Source: Spirochaetia bacterium (GTDB lineage Bacteria > Spirochaetota > Spirochaetia > SP-2023). From it: a DNA stretch of 64,000 nucleotides. Below the pieces are notes generated by a model. The model saw nothing but the letters and a program-made list of their open reading frames with translations, did not search any database and was not told the origin of the DNA. Shown piece by piece: positions 1-11,291 of this stretch. How positions within the stretch are numbered: the stretch's first letter is position 1; every line of letters starts with the position of its first letter. The stretch covers positions 320,001 through 384,000 of the forward strand of contig CBDDCK010000005.1 of NCBI GenBank assembly GCA_965225855.1, given 5' to 3'. The position numbers were made by a program, and so were the translations under genes.

Positions 1-294
1 TGGGCTCATGAAGCCCAAGAGCGTGGCGCAGGTGAAATTGTATTAAACTGTATGGACCAAGATGGCAAATGCAACGGCTACGATTTAGACCAATTGAAAC
101 TATTGTGCGAAAATGTTTCTATCCCCATTGTGGCTTCCGGTGGTGCGGGGAACAAACAACATTTTTTAGAACTATTTCAACAAGTCGGCAATGAAGCTGC
201 CCTTGCGGCTAGTGTTTTTCACCAAAAATTACTTACGATTACAGAGCTCAAACAATATCTACACAATCATCAAATCAAAGTTCGCTTACCTTAA
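1..294 (+). CDS. hisF: Imidazole glycerol phosphate synthase cyclase subunit, 3' part (gene begins before the window)
   Basis: Frame 1 is open from base 1: WAHEAQERGAGEIVLNCMDQDG..GYDL..IPIVASGGAG..ALAASVFH..VRL, the HisF C-terminal motifs. Confidence 0.95.
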   Translation, partial: WAHEAQERGAGEIVLNCMDQDGKCNGYDLDQLKLLCENVSIPIVASGGAGNKQHFLELFQQVGNEAALAASVFHQKLLTITELKQYLHNHQIKVRLP

Positions 295-376
295 AGAATA
301 AAAAAATAGACAACAGCTTTACTTTTGTTAAATATTTGGCTAAGATGGCTATCTATGATTGTAGGATAAACAAGTA

Positions 377-637
377 ATGAAAAAATTAATTACGATATTC
401 TGTGTTCTTATAGCGTTCAATAACAATGCCTTTGCCGTAGATGTAGAAAAATTGGTAGAAACTAAGACCAGTTGGAACGGAAACAGGTGAGACTTTAGAA
501 ATGCGATCTGTGGACCAAATAGTGGAAGTTGTTGATAAATGGCACTATGGTGAAAATAGGGGAGATACGGATAGCGAAATAGTTGTGGTCTATATTGGTG
601 ATGGAAAAAACCGATAACGACAACAAAAAAACCTTAA
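377..637 (+). pseudogene. Decayed secreted cupin-domain protein
   Basis: ATG at 377 gives signal-peptide-like MKKLITIFCVLIAFNNNAFAVDVEKLVETKTSWNG* (stop at 490). Another frame continues TLEMRSVDQIVEVVDKWHYGENRGDTDSEIVVVYIG, a cupin motif-2-like WHYG.N.G segment. The middle of the domain appears deleted. Confidence 0.65.
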
Positions 638-759
638 CCATACTACTTAAGTCTTTCTGAATGTTTTTTATTATAAATCAAGCTTTATGAAATTAAAAAT
701 CTACAGAGCTTGGTTGTTCGTTACACTTTGGTTATTAACTGTTTTAGCCAGTTAGGAAT

Positions 760-1857
760 TTGTTACAAATAATGTTGTATTTATTCCAGCTTATTGACCA
801 ATTGCTCAACCATCGCTGTATTCAAGCCACTCGGCTGTTTTTATCACTCATTTTTCTAAACATTTTATTCGGATCAATGTTTTATTGGGCCGAGCACTCC
901 GCAGAAAACCAAATAAGCTGGCTGGACTCTCTTTGGTGGGCTATTGTTACCATGACTACCGTTGGCTATGGCGATATTAGCCCGTTGTCATGGCAGGGGC
1001 GTTTTCTAGTAGCGTATCCTGCGATGTTTAGTGGTATAGGCCTTGTTTCCTATATCATAGGCTCATTGACAGCAGGTATTATGAACTTTCGTAAAAAACA
1101 AAGGATGGGAATGCTTACAATGAAACTCAAAAAACATATCGTAATTTGCAATCAACCCAGCATTCGGAAAATAGCAAATATCATTACCGAAATTCGGCGA
1201 GAGTATGCCCGTTTACCTATTGTCATTCTCGGTGATAGCTGGAGTGAACTACCCGATGAGCTAAAACAATTGCAAATATATTTTGTTCATGCTGACTCTA
1301 GCCGCAAAACGGGGTTAGAGCAAGCAGCCGTATCGAAAGCTCGTGCCGTATTTATCTTACCGCGCAAACTTGATGAGCCACAATCCGACCACAGCAGTTT
1401 CATTACCGCTAGCTTAATACAAACGTTAAACCAAGAAGCCGTTAAAACAGCCACTCACAAAATTCGCTGTTTGGTCGAGTTGGTTTTACCTGAAAATGAA
1501 AGTTTGATTCAAGAAGCAAAACCAGATAAAATATTTGTACCTCAAGTTTTCAATGAAAATGTAATGGTTCAAGAATTTCTCAAGCCCGGAATTTCCGTTC
1601 TTCTTAGCAATTTAATTTCAACAGAAGGGGACCAGCTTTTTGCTACAGAGCAAAAATTAGCAGGCTGGAGTCTAAAAGATATTTACATGCAGCTCTTTGC
1701 TCTCGATTCAAATATCCAGTTATGCGGTGTCCATAAAGCCAATGGCAAATTTGATTTAGCTCCCCATTATTCTTATATACTCCAGCCAAAAGACAAATTG
1801 CTCTTAGTGGCCCGCGAATTACAAACGTATCAAAAATTTGAAAAAGAGCTTTTATAA
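760..1857 (+). CDS. Potassium channel protein with C-terminal RCK (TrkA-N/C) domain
   Basis: WWAIVTMTTVGYGDISP selectivity filter, two TM helices, then KHIVIC.. RCK domain. Start codon uncertain (760 TTG or 772 ATG). Confidence 0.9.
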   Translation: MLQIMLYLFQLIDQLLNHRCIQATRLFLSLIFLNILFGSMFYWAEHSAENQISWLDSLWWAIVTMTTVGYGDISPLSWQGRFLVAYPAMFSGIGLVSYIIGSLTAGIMNFRKKQRMGMLTMKLKKHIVICNQPSIRKIANIITEIRREYARLPIVILGDSWSELPDELKQLQIYFVHADSSRKTGLEQAAVSKARAVFILPRKLDEPQSDHSSFITASLIQTLNQEAVKTATHKIRCLVELVLPENESLIQEAKPDKIFVPQVFNENVMVQEFLKPGISVLLSNLISTEGDQLFATEQKLAGWSLKDIYMQLFALDSNIQLCGVHKANGKFDLAPHYSYILQPKDKLLLVARELQTYQKFEKELL

Positions 1858-2760
1858 AAATAATGGGCGCAAGCTACCTCTCATTTTTTTTTGCCTGCCT
1901 TTTGCAGTTTCGAGTAATAGTTCACCACAAGAACCCAAACCGAGCAATACTCCCCGAATACATGAAATGTTGCCGTCATTATCGGGTTCAAAAAATTCAA
2001 TTGGGCTACCAACAAAAATCATATTGTTTTCTATCTCTTGCAATAATTCTGACTTGGAATTTTCCTCCCAGTTCTGCCAAGTATTTTGAAGCTGTAAACT
2101 ACAATCCTGCCAGAATTCAATTAAATTTTCTGGAGCCGGCAAACTAGCAGCCTGTAACACTGGAAGATCCTTATCATTAGCTGCTAAATTACCAAAACAA
2201 AAATTATCGGAAAAATTTAAACCCAATCCGATCCTCAAAGAATTTTGCCGATGTTCCAGTAGTAAGCCCCCTACTTTTCGGATTTCATCATCGATAAATA
2301 ACACAATATCATTAGGCCACTTTAGAAAAACAGAAAAACCTTGGCTTTTTAATATACGTACGAAAACGGTTGCAATTAACATCGGCAACAGAGTTTGGTT
2401 ACCATTGCTGAACAAAGAGCAGGGGATTATTTGGCTTATGCATAAATTTCCCAGTGGACTTTTCCATTGGCGGCCATATTGTCCTCTACCTTGTGTTTGA
2501 TAACAAGCCATTACCCAATCCCAAGTAGTAAAACCTTGGAATTTCTCTAATTGAGTAAGAATATCAAATGTAGAAAGACAACTATCAACAATAGCTGCCT
2601 TACCATTGCCAGCAGGATATAACCCCAACTGACGAATACTGTCAAGAGGAAATATCTTCAATTCGGAAATATTGGGAATACTTCTTTGCCAAATAATAGA
2701 TTGACGACAAATCTCGTCAATGTTATAGCCAAAATATTGTAAAAAAGGTTTTTGTACCAT
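1852..2760 (-). CDS. birA: Biotin--[acetyl-CoA-carboxylase] ligase
   Basis: QTQGRGQYGRQWKSP, LKWPNDI, KVGGLLLE, GLGLN motifs. No obvious N-terminal HTH. Confidence 0.9.
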   Translation of the reverse strand: MVQKPFLQYFGYNIDEICRQSIIWQRSIPNISELKIFPLDSIRQLGLYPAGNGKAAIVDSCLSTFDILTQLEKFQGFTTWDWVMACYQTQGRGQYGRQWKSPLGNLCISQIIPCSLFSNGNQTLLPMLIATVFVRILKSQGFSVFLKWPNDIVLFIDDEIRKVGGLLLEHRQNSLRIGLGLNFSDNFCFGNLAANDKDLPVLQAASLPAPENLIEFWQDCSLQLQNTWQNWEENSKSELLQEIENNMIFVGSPIEFFEPDNDGNISCIRGVLLGLGSCGELLLETAKGRQKKMRGSLRPLFL

Positions 2761-3091
2761 TCTCTCTTTAAATAACGTTCACTAAAAAAGACTACTACCT
2801 CCACCACCACTTCCAAAACGATCGCTAGAGGAACTATTATCCAGATTAGGAGCCCCCTGTATTGTAGGGAGAATAATTACAACTAGGGTCTGAATTGGAA
2901 TAACGACCATCGGCTTCTTTCTCCGCATTTCCCTCAAGGCAATTTCACACTTGTTTTACAAATCAAGATTAGAACCAGTAAGTAATCCAGACCTCCGATT
3001 TAAAATGTCCATAGTACGTTTAATATCTTCAATTCTTTCATTGATTTTGCCCATATCGTGAAACAACAATGGCACGATTGAACTAAAGTTA

Positions 3092-3682
3092 CTAAATCTT
3101 CAGGTCGGATTCTAAGGCCATCTGGTAATCCATTAAAGCAGCATTATGATTCCCCATATGGTAATGGACAATTCTACGACCACTATATGCATTGGCATAG
3201 CGAGGATCGAGAACCAAAGTTGTAGAAAAATCTAATAATGCAGCTTGAGAGTTGCCTTTTGCGTAGTATGATAGCCCGCGATTTGAATAGATTACTGCAT
3301 TTTCGGGATCGAGGTTCAAAGCTCTATTGTAGTCGGCAATTGCTTTATCGTACTCTTGATTAGCAGTAAAGGCAGTGCCACGAGATGAAGAAACCATAGC
3401 TTACGCTTTGCTTGAAGATAATTCTAAAGCATAAGAATAATTGCGGATAGCTTGATTGAAATACTCGCTATTTTGTTGAGCGACACCTAAATTATAATAG
3501 GCTCGATTATCAAATTTCAAAGAAAAGTTAAGGAAAGCAATGCCATTGGTATACAAACCTTTGTTTATAGCCTCTATTCCTTTTTCAAAATATTCTTGCC
3601 CTTTTCGCTGAGCCTCAGAATTTGTCCCTGATGATTTTTGAGCACAAAGATTCATACTAAGCAAGCCCAAGCAAAAATACAA
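3092..3682 (-). pseudogene. Tetratricopeptide-repeat protein interrupted by an in-frame stop
   Basis: ORFs 3401-3682 and 3092-3397 are in the same frame, separated only by TAA-GCT. TPR motifs AYYNLG..AIRNYSYALEL and AIADYNRALNLDPENAVIYSNRG. Confidence 0.75.
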
Positions 3683-4491
3683 AATACAGCCATACTAACT
3701 ATTAACAAGCGCAAATTATCTTTGCTAAATCTCAATTCTATTTGCTTCATCATTATGGCCATCAAATATAATCCCCTAGTTATTCAAAATTCATAGTCGC
3801 AATATTCTATCTGAAGATGCATCTACATGCAAGTTTTTTATTTTTCTTGATCTTTATACAAACAGAACGCATTTTGCAGGAGCTATAAGGCAAAGAAAAA
3901 TGCTTAGCTTTACCTAAGACTTTTACCCAACAAAAGTACAAGCATGTGAGGTCAAGGCCAACTGGAGGGTACAACTCAAAAACAATAGTAAAAAATAGGA
4001 TAGAGGGACGGCGATAAATAACTTGGTTGAAAGAAAGTCTAGCAGTTTAGAGAAAGCTACCCCCGAGTACAACGGGTATAAGATGTATTTTGGCTTTGAC
4101 ACTTTGATCACTGATGAGGAGATGATAGAACAAGTGCGGGCAAATGACATATTCTTACTAACTCAAGATGACGACCATATCGAGATAGTGAATGACCATA
4201 TGAGAGCGTATTGATAATGTCTTTAGAAAAAGTAACTATAGGTATCTCTAAGTTCGGATAGATAAGAACTCCTAGCCCGTGAAGATAATACTTCGGTTCC
4301 TTGCTAGCTATACTATTGTATTGAGTAGGTAAAAGTCTTCTCGCTTATCAAAATTGCTCTTTATACACCAAACTAGGGTAGGGTAGGCGTCTTATTTTTC
4401 TTTGTTTTGTAGTAAATGCTTTATTGCTCTAGCGATTGTGTAGTAATTTCAATATAGTTAAGGCCCTATTATAATCGCTAAAGGAGCTACT

Positions 4492-6330
4492 ATGCGCAGT
4501 GAAATAAAAGAGCGACTGCAATTTATCTATGGCAGAGAGCAGGCCAACGCCGTCCTGCCTCAATTTCAGAAATTGCTTGAGAAGTGGCGGATAATACTAA
4601 ACGACCAAGCCATAACCGATAGCCAAGCTCGAAATGCAATTCGAGACTCAATCCGATATTCAGTCGGAAACCAAAGCCCATATCAAGCCAGAAGCGAGTT
4701 ACGAGGCGAATTTCTGCCTTTAGACCAAAGCCACGTGGTGATGATTACTTATGGTGATTCTATCCGCCGTCCCCAGCCCTTGCCCGATGGCAGTATTGCC
4801 TTTGAAGGCCACACCAAAGAGCCACCGCTACAAACCTTAAAAAAGTTTGCCGATCGCTATTTGTGCGAGCTAATCTCCACAATCCATCTACTGCCCTGCT
4901 TCCCCTACACTTCCGATGATGGCTTTTCGGTAGCTGATTATCGCACTATCGACCCCAACCTAGGCACTTGGAACGATGTGGACCAGCTAAAAAAGAATTT
5001 CTATCTAATGTATGACCTCGTGCTGAATCACTGTTCGCAAAGCATCAAATGGTTCCAAGGTTTTCTGGCTGGTGACCCTCAATATGATGATTGGTTTTGC
5101 ACTTGCTCCCCCGAAGAACCACGTTTAGCGCAAGTCTTCCGCCCCCGCGCCTTGCCCCTGCTTCACCAATTTGATTGCATAGACACCAACGGTCAGCCTA
5201 CCGCTGAAAAGAAATCCGTTTGGACGACCTTCAGCCCAGACCAAGTAGATGTAAACTTTGCCAATCCCAAGGTTATGCTAGAATACTTTGACATCTTCTT
5301 GGAATATATCTCCTACGGCGCCCAAATCGTACGGCTAGATGCCATTGGCTTCCTGTGGAAAGAGTTAGGTACAAGTTGTATGCACCATCCCAAGACCCAC
5401 GCCGTGGTGCAGCTCATGCGTTTGCTGCTCAAAGAGCTTGCCCCAGAGTCGGTATTGCTTACTGAAACCAACGTCCCACAAGCAGAAAATATTTCCTACT
5501 TTGGCAATGGCCACAATGAGGCCCAAATGGTCTACCAGTTTTCCCTACCGCCACTGACCTTAAACAGCTTTATGCAAGGCAACGCCAGCCACCTAACGAC
5601 TTGGGCTAAACAACTACCTGCCCCTAATCCGTACTATACCTTTTTTAACTTTCTAGCATCGCATGACGGCATCGGCATGTTGCCCGCGCATGATTATCTT
5701 AGCCAACAAGAGCAGGACTATTTGGTGGCCCAAGTTTTAGCGCGTGGTGGCAAAGTCAACTACAAATCCACCCCAGATGGAGAAATCCCCTACGAGTTGA
5801 ACATGAATTATCTGGACGCCATTGCCGAGCCAGAGCTTCCGCTTGCCGAACGGGCAGCTAAGTTTCTGGCTGCACAGTCTATTCTCATAGGGATGGCCGG
5901 TGTCCCCGGCATATACATCCACAGCATCTTAGGTTCAGGCAACTGGATAAGAGGAATGGAAGAATCGGGCATCAATCGCCGTATCAACCGCGAAAAGCTC
6001 GACTTAGACGAACTAATTGGTGAACTCAGACAAAGTGGCAGCCTACGCCAGTTAATCTACCATGGCATGAAAAATATGCTTCGCGTGCGCCGTGGCCATC
6101 GATCATTCGACCCCGCAGCGGATCAACGCATTTTGGAACTAGCTCCAGAGGTCTTTGCATTTACACGCGGTGGAACCGACAGCGAAATGGTGCGTTGTTT
6201 GGTAAACTGCTCATCGAAAGGGTTGAGCTTATCCTGCAGTGGTGGAAAGGACTTACTGAGTCTTCAAGACTTTGTCGCCAATCAAGAAGGGCTTTTCATT
6301 AAACCATACCAAGTTTTGTGGTTAGCCTAG
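4492..6330 (+). CDS. GH13_18 sugar phosphorylase (glucosylglycerate/sucrose phosphorylase, YcjM-like)
   Basis: ITYGD, HLLPCFPYTSDDGFSV, DLVLNH, WTTFSPDQVD, RLDAIGF, TETN, NFLASHDGIG, PYELN, RRINR motifs. RBS AAGGAG. Confidence 0.9.
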   Translation: MRSEIKERLQFIYGREQANAVLPQFQKLLEKWRIILNDQAITDSQARNAIRDSIRYSVGNQSPYQARSELRGEFLPLDQSHVVMITYGDSIRRPQPLPDGSIAFEGHTKEPPLQTLKKFADRYLCELISTIHLLPCFPYTSDDGFSVADYRTIDPNLGTWNDVDQLKKNFYLMYDLVLNHCSQSIKWFQGFLAGDPQYDDWFCTCSPEEPRLAQVFRPRALPLLHQFDCIDTNGQPTAEKKSVWTTFSPDQVDVNFANPKVMLEYFDIFLEYISYGAQIVRLDAIGFLWKELGTSCMHHPKTHAVVQLMRLLLKELAPESVLLTETNVPQAENISYFGNGHNEAQMVYQFSLPPLTLNSFMQGNASHLTTWAKQLPAPNPYYTFFNFLASHDGIGMLPAHDYLSQQEQDYLVAQVLARGGKVNYKSTPDGEIPYELNMNYLDAIAEPELPLAERAAKFLAAQSILIGMAGVPGIYIHSILGSGNWIRGMEESGINRRINREKLDLDELIGELRQSGSLRQLIYHGMKNMLRVRRGHRSFDPAADQRILELAPEVFAFTRGGTDSEMVRCLVNCSSKGLSLSCSGGKDLLSLQDFVANQEGLFIKPYQVLWLA

Positions 6331-6348
6331 CCTTAAGTACTAGAACAT

Positions 6349-6386
6349 AATAAAAAAGCCTGACGAAATCGTCAGGCTTTTTTATT
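6349..6386. terminator. Bidirectional intrinsic terminator between convergent genes
   Basis: aataaaaaagcctgacg-aaat-cgtcaggcttttttatt perfect hairpin with A/T tails. Confidence 0.9.
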
Positions 6387-6399
6387 ATAAAGACTTTGC

Positions 6400-7584
6400 T
6401 TAGTTTTGGAATACTAAGTAGTAGGTATAACTTAGTATTAAAGCAGGAATGGTACTATAAAAGGTTGCGTACAGGGCTGCTTTAGGGGAAAGGCTCAATG
6501 CAGGGAATAAAGCATCACCATCATTAGAAATTGCATTGCCTAACAATGCGGACATAGGGATAGTGCCATTGACATATAAAGCCGTGGTTAAAATCTGGGG
6601 GCCACAGCCCGGAAGCCAGCCAATTAAAACCCCAAGCAAAGGAACTAGGGGCCCAACCGTCTGGAATAGAGCTTCCAAATCATACCCCGTTAGGTATATA
6701 GCAACATCATACAAAGCAAAACCCAACACAACCCATAGTGTGATAAAACTGGTTTCAGCCACTACACGCCGCCGAAGTTTAGTTTCAGGGTTCATATGAA
6801 CAATGTGGGGCATGGACTCTTTAGGTGCCGATAGGAACGTTATCATTGCCAGAATTCCTCCAAAGATAGCAATATTGTCGGCAATAGCCGTTTCTCCAGA
6901 AGGATCAATCACTAAGTTCATATCGTATTGCAAAGCTGCCCCTATGCCAAGAAAAACCCCGGGAATCATCAAGCCTAACCAAAGATAATCCAGCGGTTTC
7001 CAAAAAGCTGGATTCATAGGAGCAGGCATAGATTTATTGCGATTGATAGCTTCTTTTTCTTTTGATAAGACCTTGGGAACAGGGAACATGTCCGTAATGT
7101 AGCCTGTAATAATCCCTACAAAGAATCCAACACCGATAACAATAAAGCCCGTTCTAGGTTGAGCTGCTAACAGGATAAAAGCTGCATCGCCCATAGTTGA
7201 AACCAAAGTTGCCGTCAACGCTCCAAATGTTAAACCACCCTTTACATATTGGGTTACAACCATTACAGCACCGCCACAACCAGGCAAACTACCCAGAGCA
7301 GAAGCAATAATGATTTGAGCTTTCGGATAGCGGGAAATAAATGTAGCAAAATCTATTTTGGCAATTTTTTCAAGGCCATAGAGCAACCCTAAAGTTAGTG
7401 CAACAAAAGTTGTAACACCTATATAAGCATCATTGATAGAACCAGAAATAACATTCCACAATTCAGGGCTTACCAGCATGATAGCTGTGAAAAAGATAAC
7501 TACGTAAAACGAACGCCACAAAGGAACAGATATAGGAACATATATGTTTGAGCGAACATCTTTCCTAAAATATAAATTAGACAT
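6400..7584 (-). CDS. Putative manganese transporter family (ArsP_2/DUF2899-like) membrane protein
   Basis: About 10 TM segments with duplicated LPGCG motifs (GSLPGCGGA, GWLPGCGPQ), STMGDAAF and AISNDGDALFP. Confidence 0.8.
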   Translation of the reverse strand: MSNLYFRKDVRSNIYVPISVPLWRSFYVVIFFTAIMLVSPELWNVISGSINDAYIGVTTFVALTLGLLYGLEKIAKIDFATFISRYPKAQIIIASALGSLPGCGGAVMVVTQYVKGGLTFGALTATLVSTMGDAAFILLAAQPRTGFIVIGVGFFVGIITGYITDMFPVPKVLSKEKEAINRNKSMPAPMNPAFWKPLDYLWLGLMIPGVFLGIGAALQYDMNLVIDPSGETAIADNIAIFGGILAMITFLSAPKESMPHIVHMNPETKLRRRVVAETSFITLWVVLGFALYDVAIYLTGYDLEALFQTVGPLVPLLGVLIGWLPGCGPQILTTALYVNGTIPMSALLGNAISNDGDALFPALSLSPKAALYATFYSTIPALILSYTYYLVFQN

Positions 7585-7868
7585 TAAATCTCCTAAGAAA
7601 TAATAAGATACAGGAATTAATAAAAATTCTGATGATGTTTTTATACCCCCTATATAAATATATAGTTATTGTAAGAATATAAAGACAGTCAATATTAAAT
7701 TATACTGTTTAAAATATATTGAGACAATAAAATTTAAGCTAAATAAATTTTTGAAGGCGTTTTTTCGTTTCAGTAAGAGAATATTGAAGAGTGTATAAAT
7801 TATGTGTATGTAATGAAAGTAAATAAAAATTGTGTGTAAAAAATAACTTGATTTTTTGAATATTGCGC

Positions 7869-7896
7869 TTGACATAAAATGGATTTAGGCTATAGT
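7869..7896 (+). promoter_or_regulatory. rRNA sigma70 promoter
   Basis: TTGACA-16 nt-TATAGT with an AT-rich upstream region, a GC-containing discriminator, and boxA-like TGTTCATTGACAA near 7961-7973. Confidence 0.8.
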
Positions 7897-8091
7897 AGCG
7901 CACACATCGCAGCTATCTATGAATATGGCATTGTTTATGTCGAAGAGCAGTGTATGCGAATGTTCATTGACAATAGAGAAGAGTAGGGAAGACATGACGC
8001 TTGTGTAGCAGTTTTATTCATTTGTTTATGTATGGGAAATGAGTGGCTGTAACAAGATGGAACAAACTTGCTAGCTTCGGCTAGTGTTAAT

Positions 8092-9659
<1,568 letters not shown>

Positions 9660-9737
9660 AAAGTGAAAGGGTCTCGTAAGAGAAAATAGAGCTTATAAGC
9701 TCAACAACAGTCATGTCTTCCTTAGTCTTTTTTATAT

Positions 9738-9773
9738 AAGAATCCCCAGCAATTTGTTGGGGATTTCTTTTGT
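9738..9773 (+). terminator. Intrinsic terminator after 16S
   Basis: aagaatccccagcaa-t-ttgttggggatttcttttt hairpin plus U-run about 80 nt after the 16S end. Confidence 0.8.
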
Positions 9774-9983
9774 CTAGTTATATATTTAGAATCAAGATAT
9801 TTTTTATGCGAACAAATATTTTTTACAATTTGATTAGTGAACAGTGAAGCTCTATAATTTTCTTTTAATTTTATTTTTGTTTTTAGCTCCTTTGGGTTTC
9901 GTTCTTCTTTTTATAGTTAGAAAACGTTCGGAGCTTTTAAATAAAATTGGTAATATGAGTTTAAATTCTCGAGGAGGAAAATA

Positions 9984-10523
9984 ATGAAAAGATTGTGTCT
10001 TTTTTATCCCATATTATTAGTTATTGTTGCTATGTTTATGCAAGGATGCGCTAGTATAGTTAGTAAGTCAGAATATATTGTTAGTATCGCTAGTGAGCCT
10101 TCTGAGGCTACTGTCACGGTAGAAAATAGAGATGGTAAGCTTGTTTTTACCGGTACTACTCCTGCACAGGTAACTTTGCAATCGGCTGCTGACGTTTTTA
10201 TAAAAGGAAGCTATACTATTACTTTTGAAAAAGAAGGTTATACGAAAAAAGTTGTATCTATTGTAAGTAAAATCGATGGCTGGTATGTTGCTGGAAATTT
10301 CTTTTTTGGTGGGTTGCTCGGTTGGTTAATCATTGATCCAGTTTCGGGAGCAATGTGGACTTTAAGAGATAATCAAAATGTCCATGCCGATCTAACTGCC
10401 ACTTCTTCTCTACCTGATGATGCTTCGACAAAAGCTGTCTCTTCTATGGATGTTGGTCTGCGCGTAATGGCTTACAATGATTTGTCTGAAGATATGAAAT
10501 ATAGGCTTGTGAGATTGAACTAA
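9984..10523 (+). CDS. Lipoprotein with PEGA-like beta domain
   Basis: RBS GAGGAGG. Lipobox MQGC, GCASIVSKSEY..SEPSEATVTV..GTTPA.., and C-terminal GNFFFGGLLGWLIIDPVSGAMW. Confidence 0.75.
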   Translation: MKRLCLFYPILLVIVAMFMQGCASIVSKSEYIVSIASEPSEATVTVENRDGKLVFTGTTPAQVTLQSAADVFIKGSYTITFEKEGYTKKVVSIVSKIDGWYVAGNFFFGGLLGWLIIDPVSGAMWTLRDNQNVHADLTATSSLPDDASTKAVSSMDVGLRVMAYNDLSEDMKYRLVRLN

Positions 10524-10569
10524 TTTTGGTTAAGAGTATATGTCTCAAATAATTTCTTTTTATTTCCCT

Positions 10570-10839
10570 TCATCTACTACAGTTTAACACAAGCACTATA
10601 TAAAGATTACTACTAATTTGCGCAAAAGTACTGTGAATGGTAAAAAGCTGTTGTGGCTTTAATGGTTGTAAATACTGTAACTGGATTTCGGCAACAACCA
10701 AGTGAATACCTTGCTGGCTAAGTTTGGGTACACTGAAATATTGCTTTATGGCAGAGTGGCGGGCATGTTCTAAATAATTTTGGTATACAGCATTATTGAC
10801 CACGCCTTGGTAATCACATTCGTAATCACGGACTTCCAT
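10570..10839 (-). pseudogene. YbgC/FadM-family acyl-CoA thioesterase, apparently C-terminally truncated
   Basis: VRDYECDYQGVVNNAVYQNYLEHARH hot-dog motif. Only 89 aa, and similarity appears lost after about residue 75. Confidence 0.65.
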
Positions 10840-11052
10840 TTCTAAAATATGCTTGATCTTGTCCCTTTTTTGCCCCTTTTTGTTTCTTTAACCATTCCCT
10901 ATACCTTGGCATTATCCCATTCTTGAGCCAGTACCTTGCCCCACACAGCATAGTTTATACAGCTCCTGCAATTTGTGCAATATAACCTTCGCCTTCCACC
11001 TTTAGCAGTCTAAAGCCTGTAATTCAATTCGGCTTCCAAATTTTTTTGTTCT

Positions 11053-11260
11053 TTTTAGCTTGGTTGTTCCAGCCTTGATAATAAAATTTACCAAGGCTAG
11101 AATTGGCAAAAGCAGCCTTAATAAAAAAATTTACAGCCTTGACAAAAAAATTTGTAGCCTTAATAAATTTTTTTCCAGCCTTGGTATTTTCTCCATACCA
11201 AGGCTATAACTTGGTAAAAGCAGCCTTAATAAAAAAACTTACCAAGGCTGCAATTGGCCA
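11053..11260 (-). repeat. Cluster of (C/T)AGCCTT(G/A)..(C/T)AAGGCT hairpin/direct repeats downstream of lipoprotein gene 1
   Basis: Repeated agcctt(g/a) motifs at ~21-22 nt spacing and three hairpins. A shorter version follows the paralog at 60514-60606. Confidence 0.75.
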
Positions 11261-11291
11261 ACTAAGCATTGCTTACCGCAACAACCAAACC

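Noticed and set aside
4023..4214. 63-aa ORF in remnant-like DNA
   Set aside because: No recognisable family, TTG start without RBS; cannot be supported as a gene
7666..7875. 69-aa minus-strand ORF upstream of 16S
   Set aside because: Low-complexity translation of AT-rich promoter DNA
10895..11050. Possible GNAT acetyltransferase remnant on the minus strand (..NYAVWGKVLAQEW..)
   Set aside because: Too short and fragmented to call without a search
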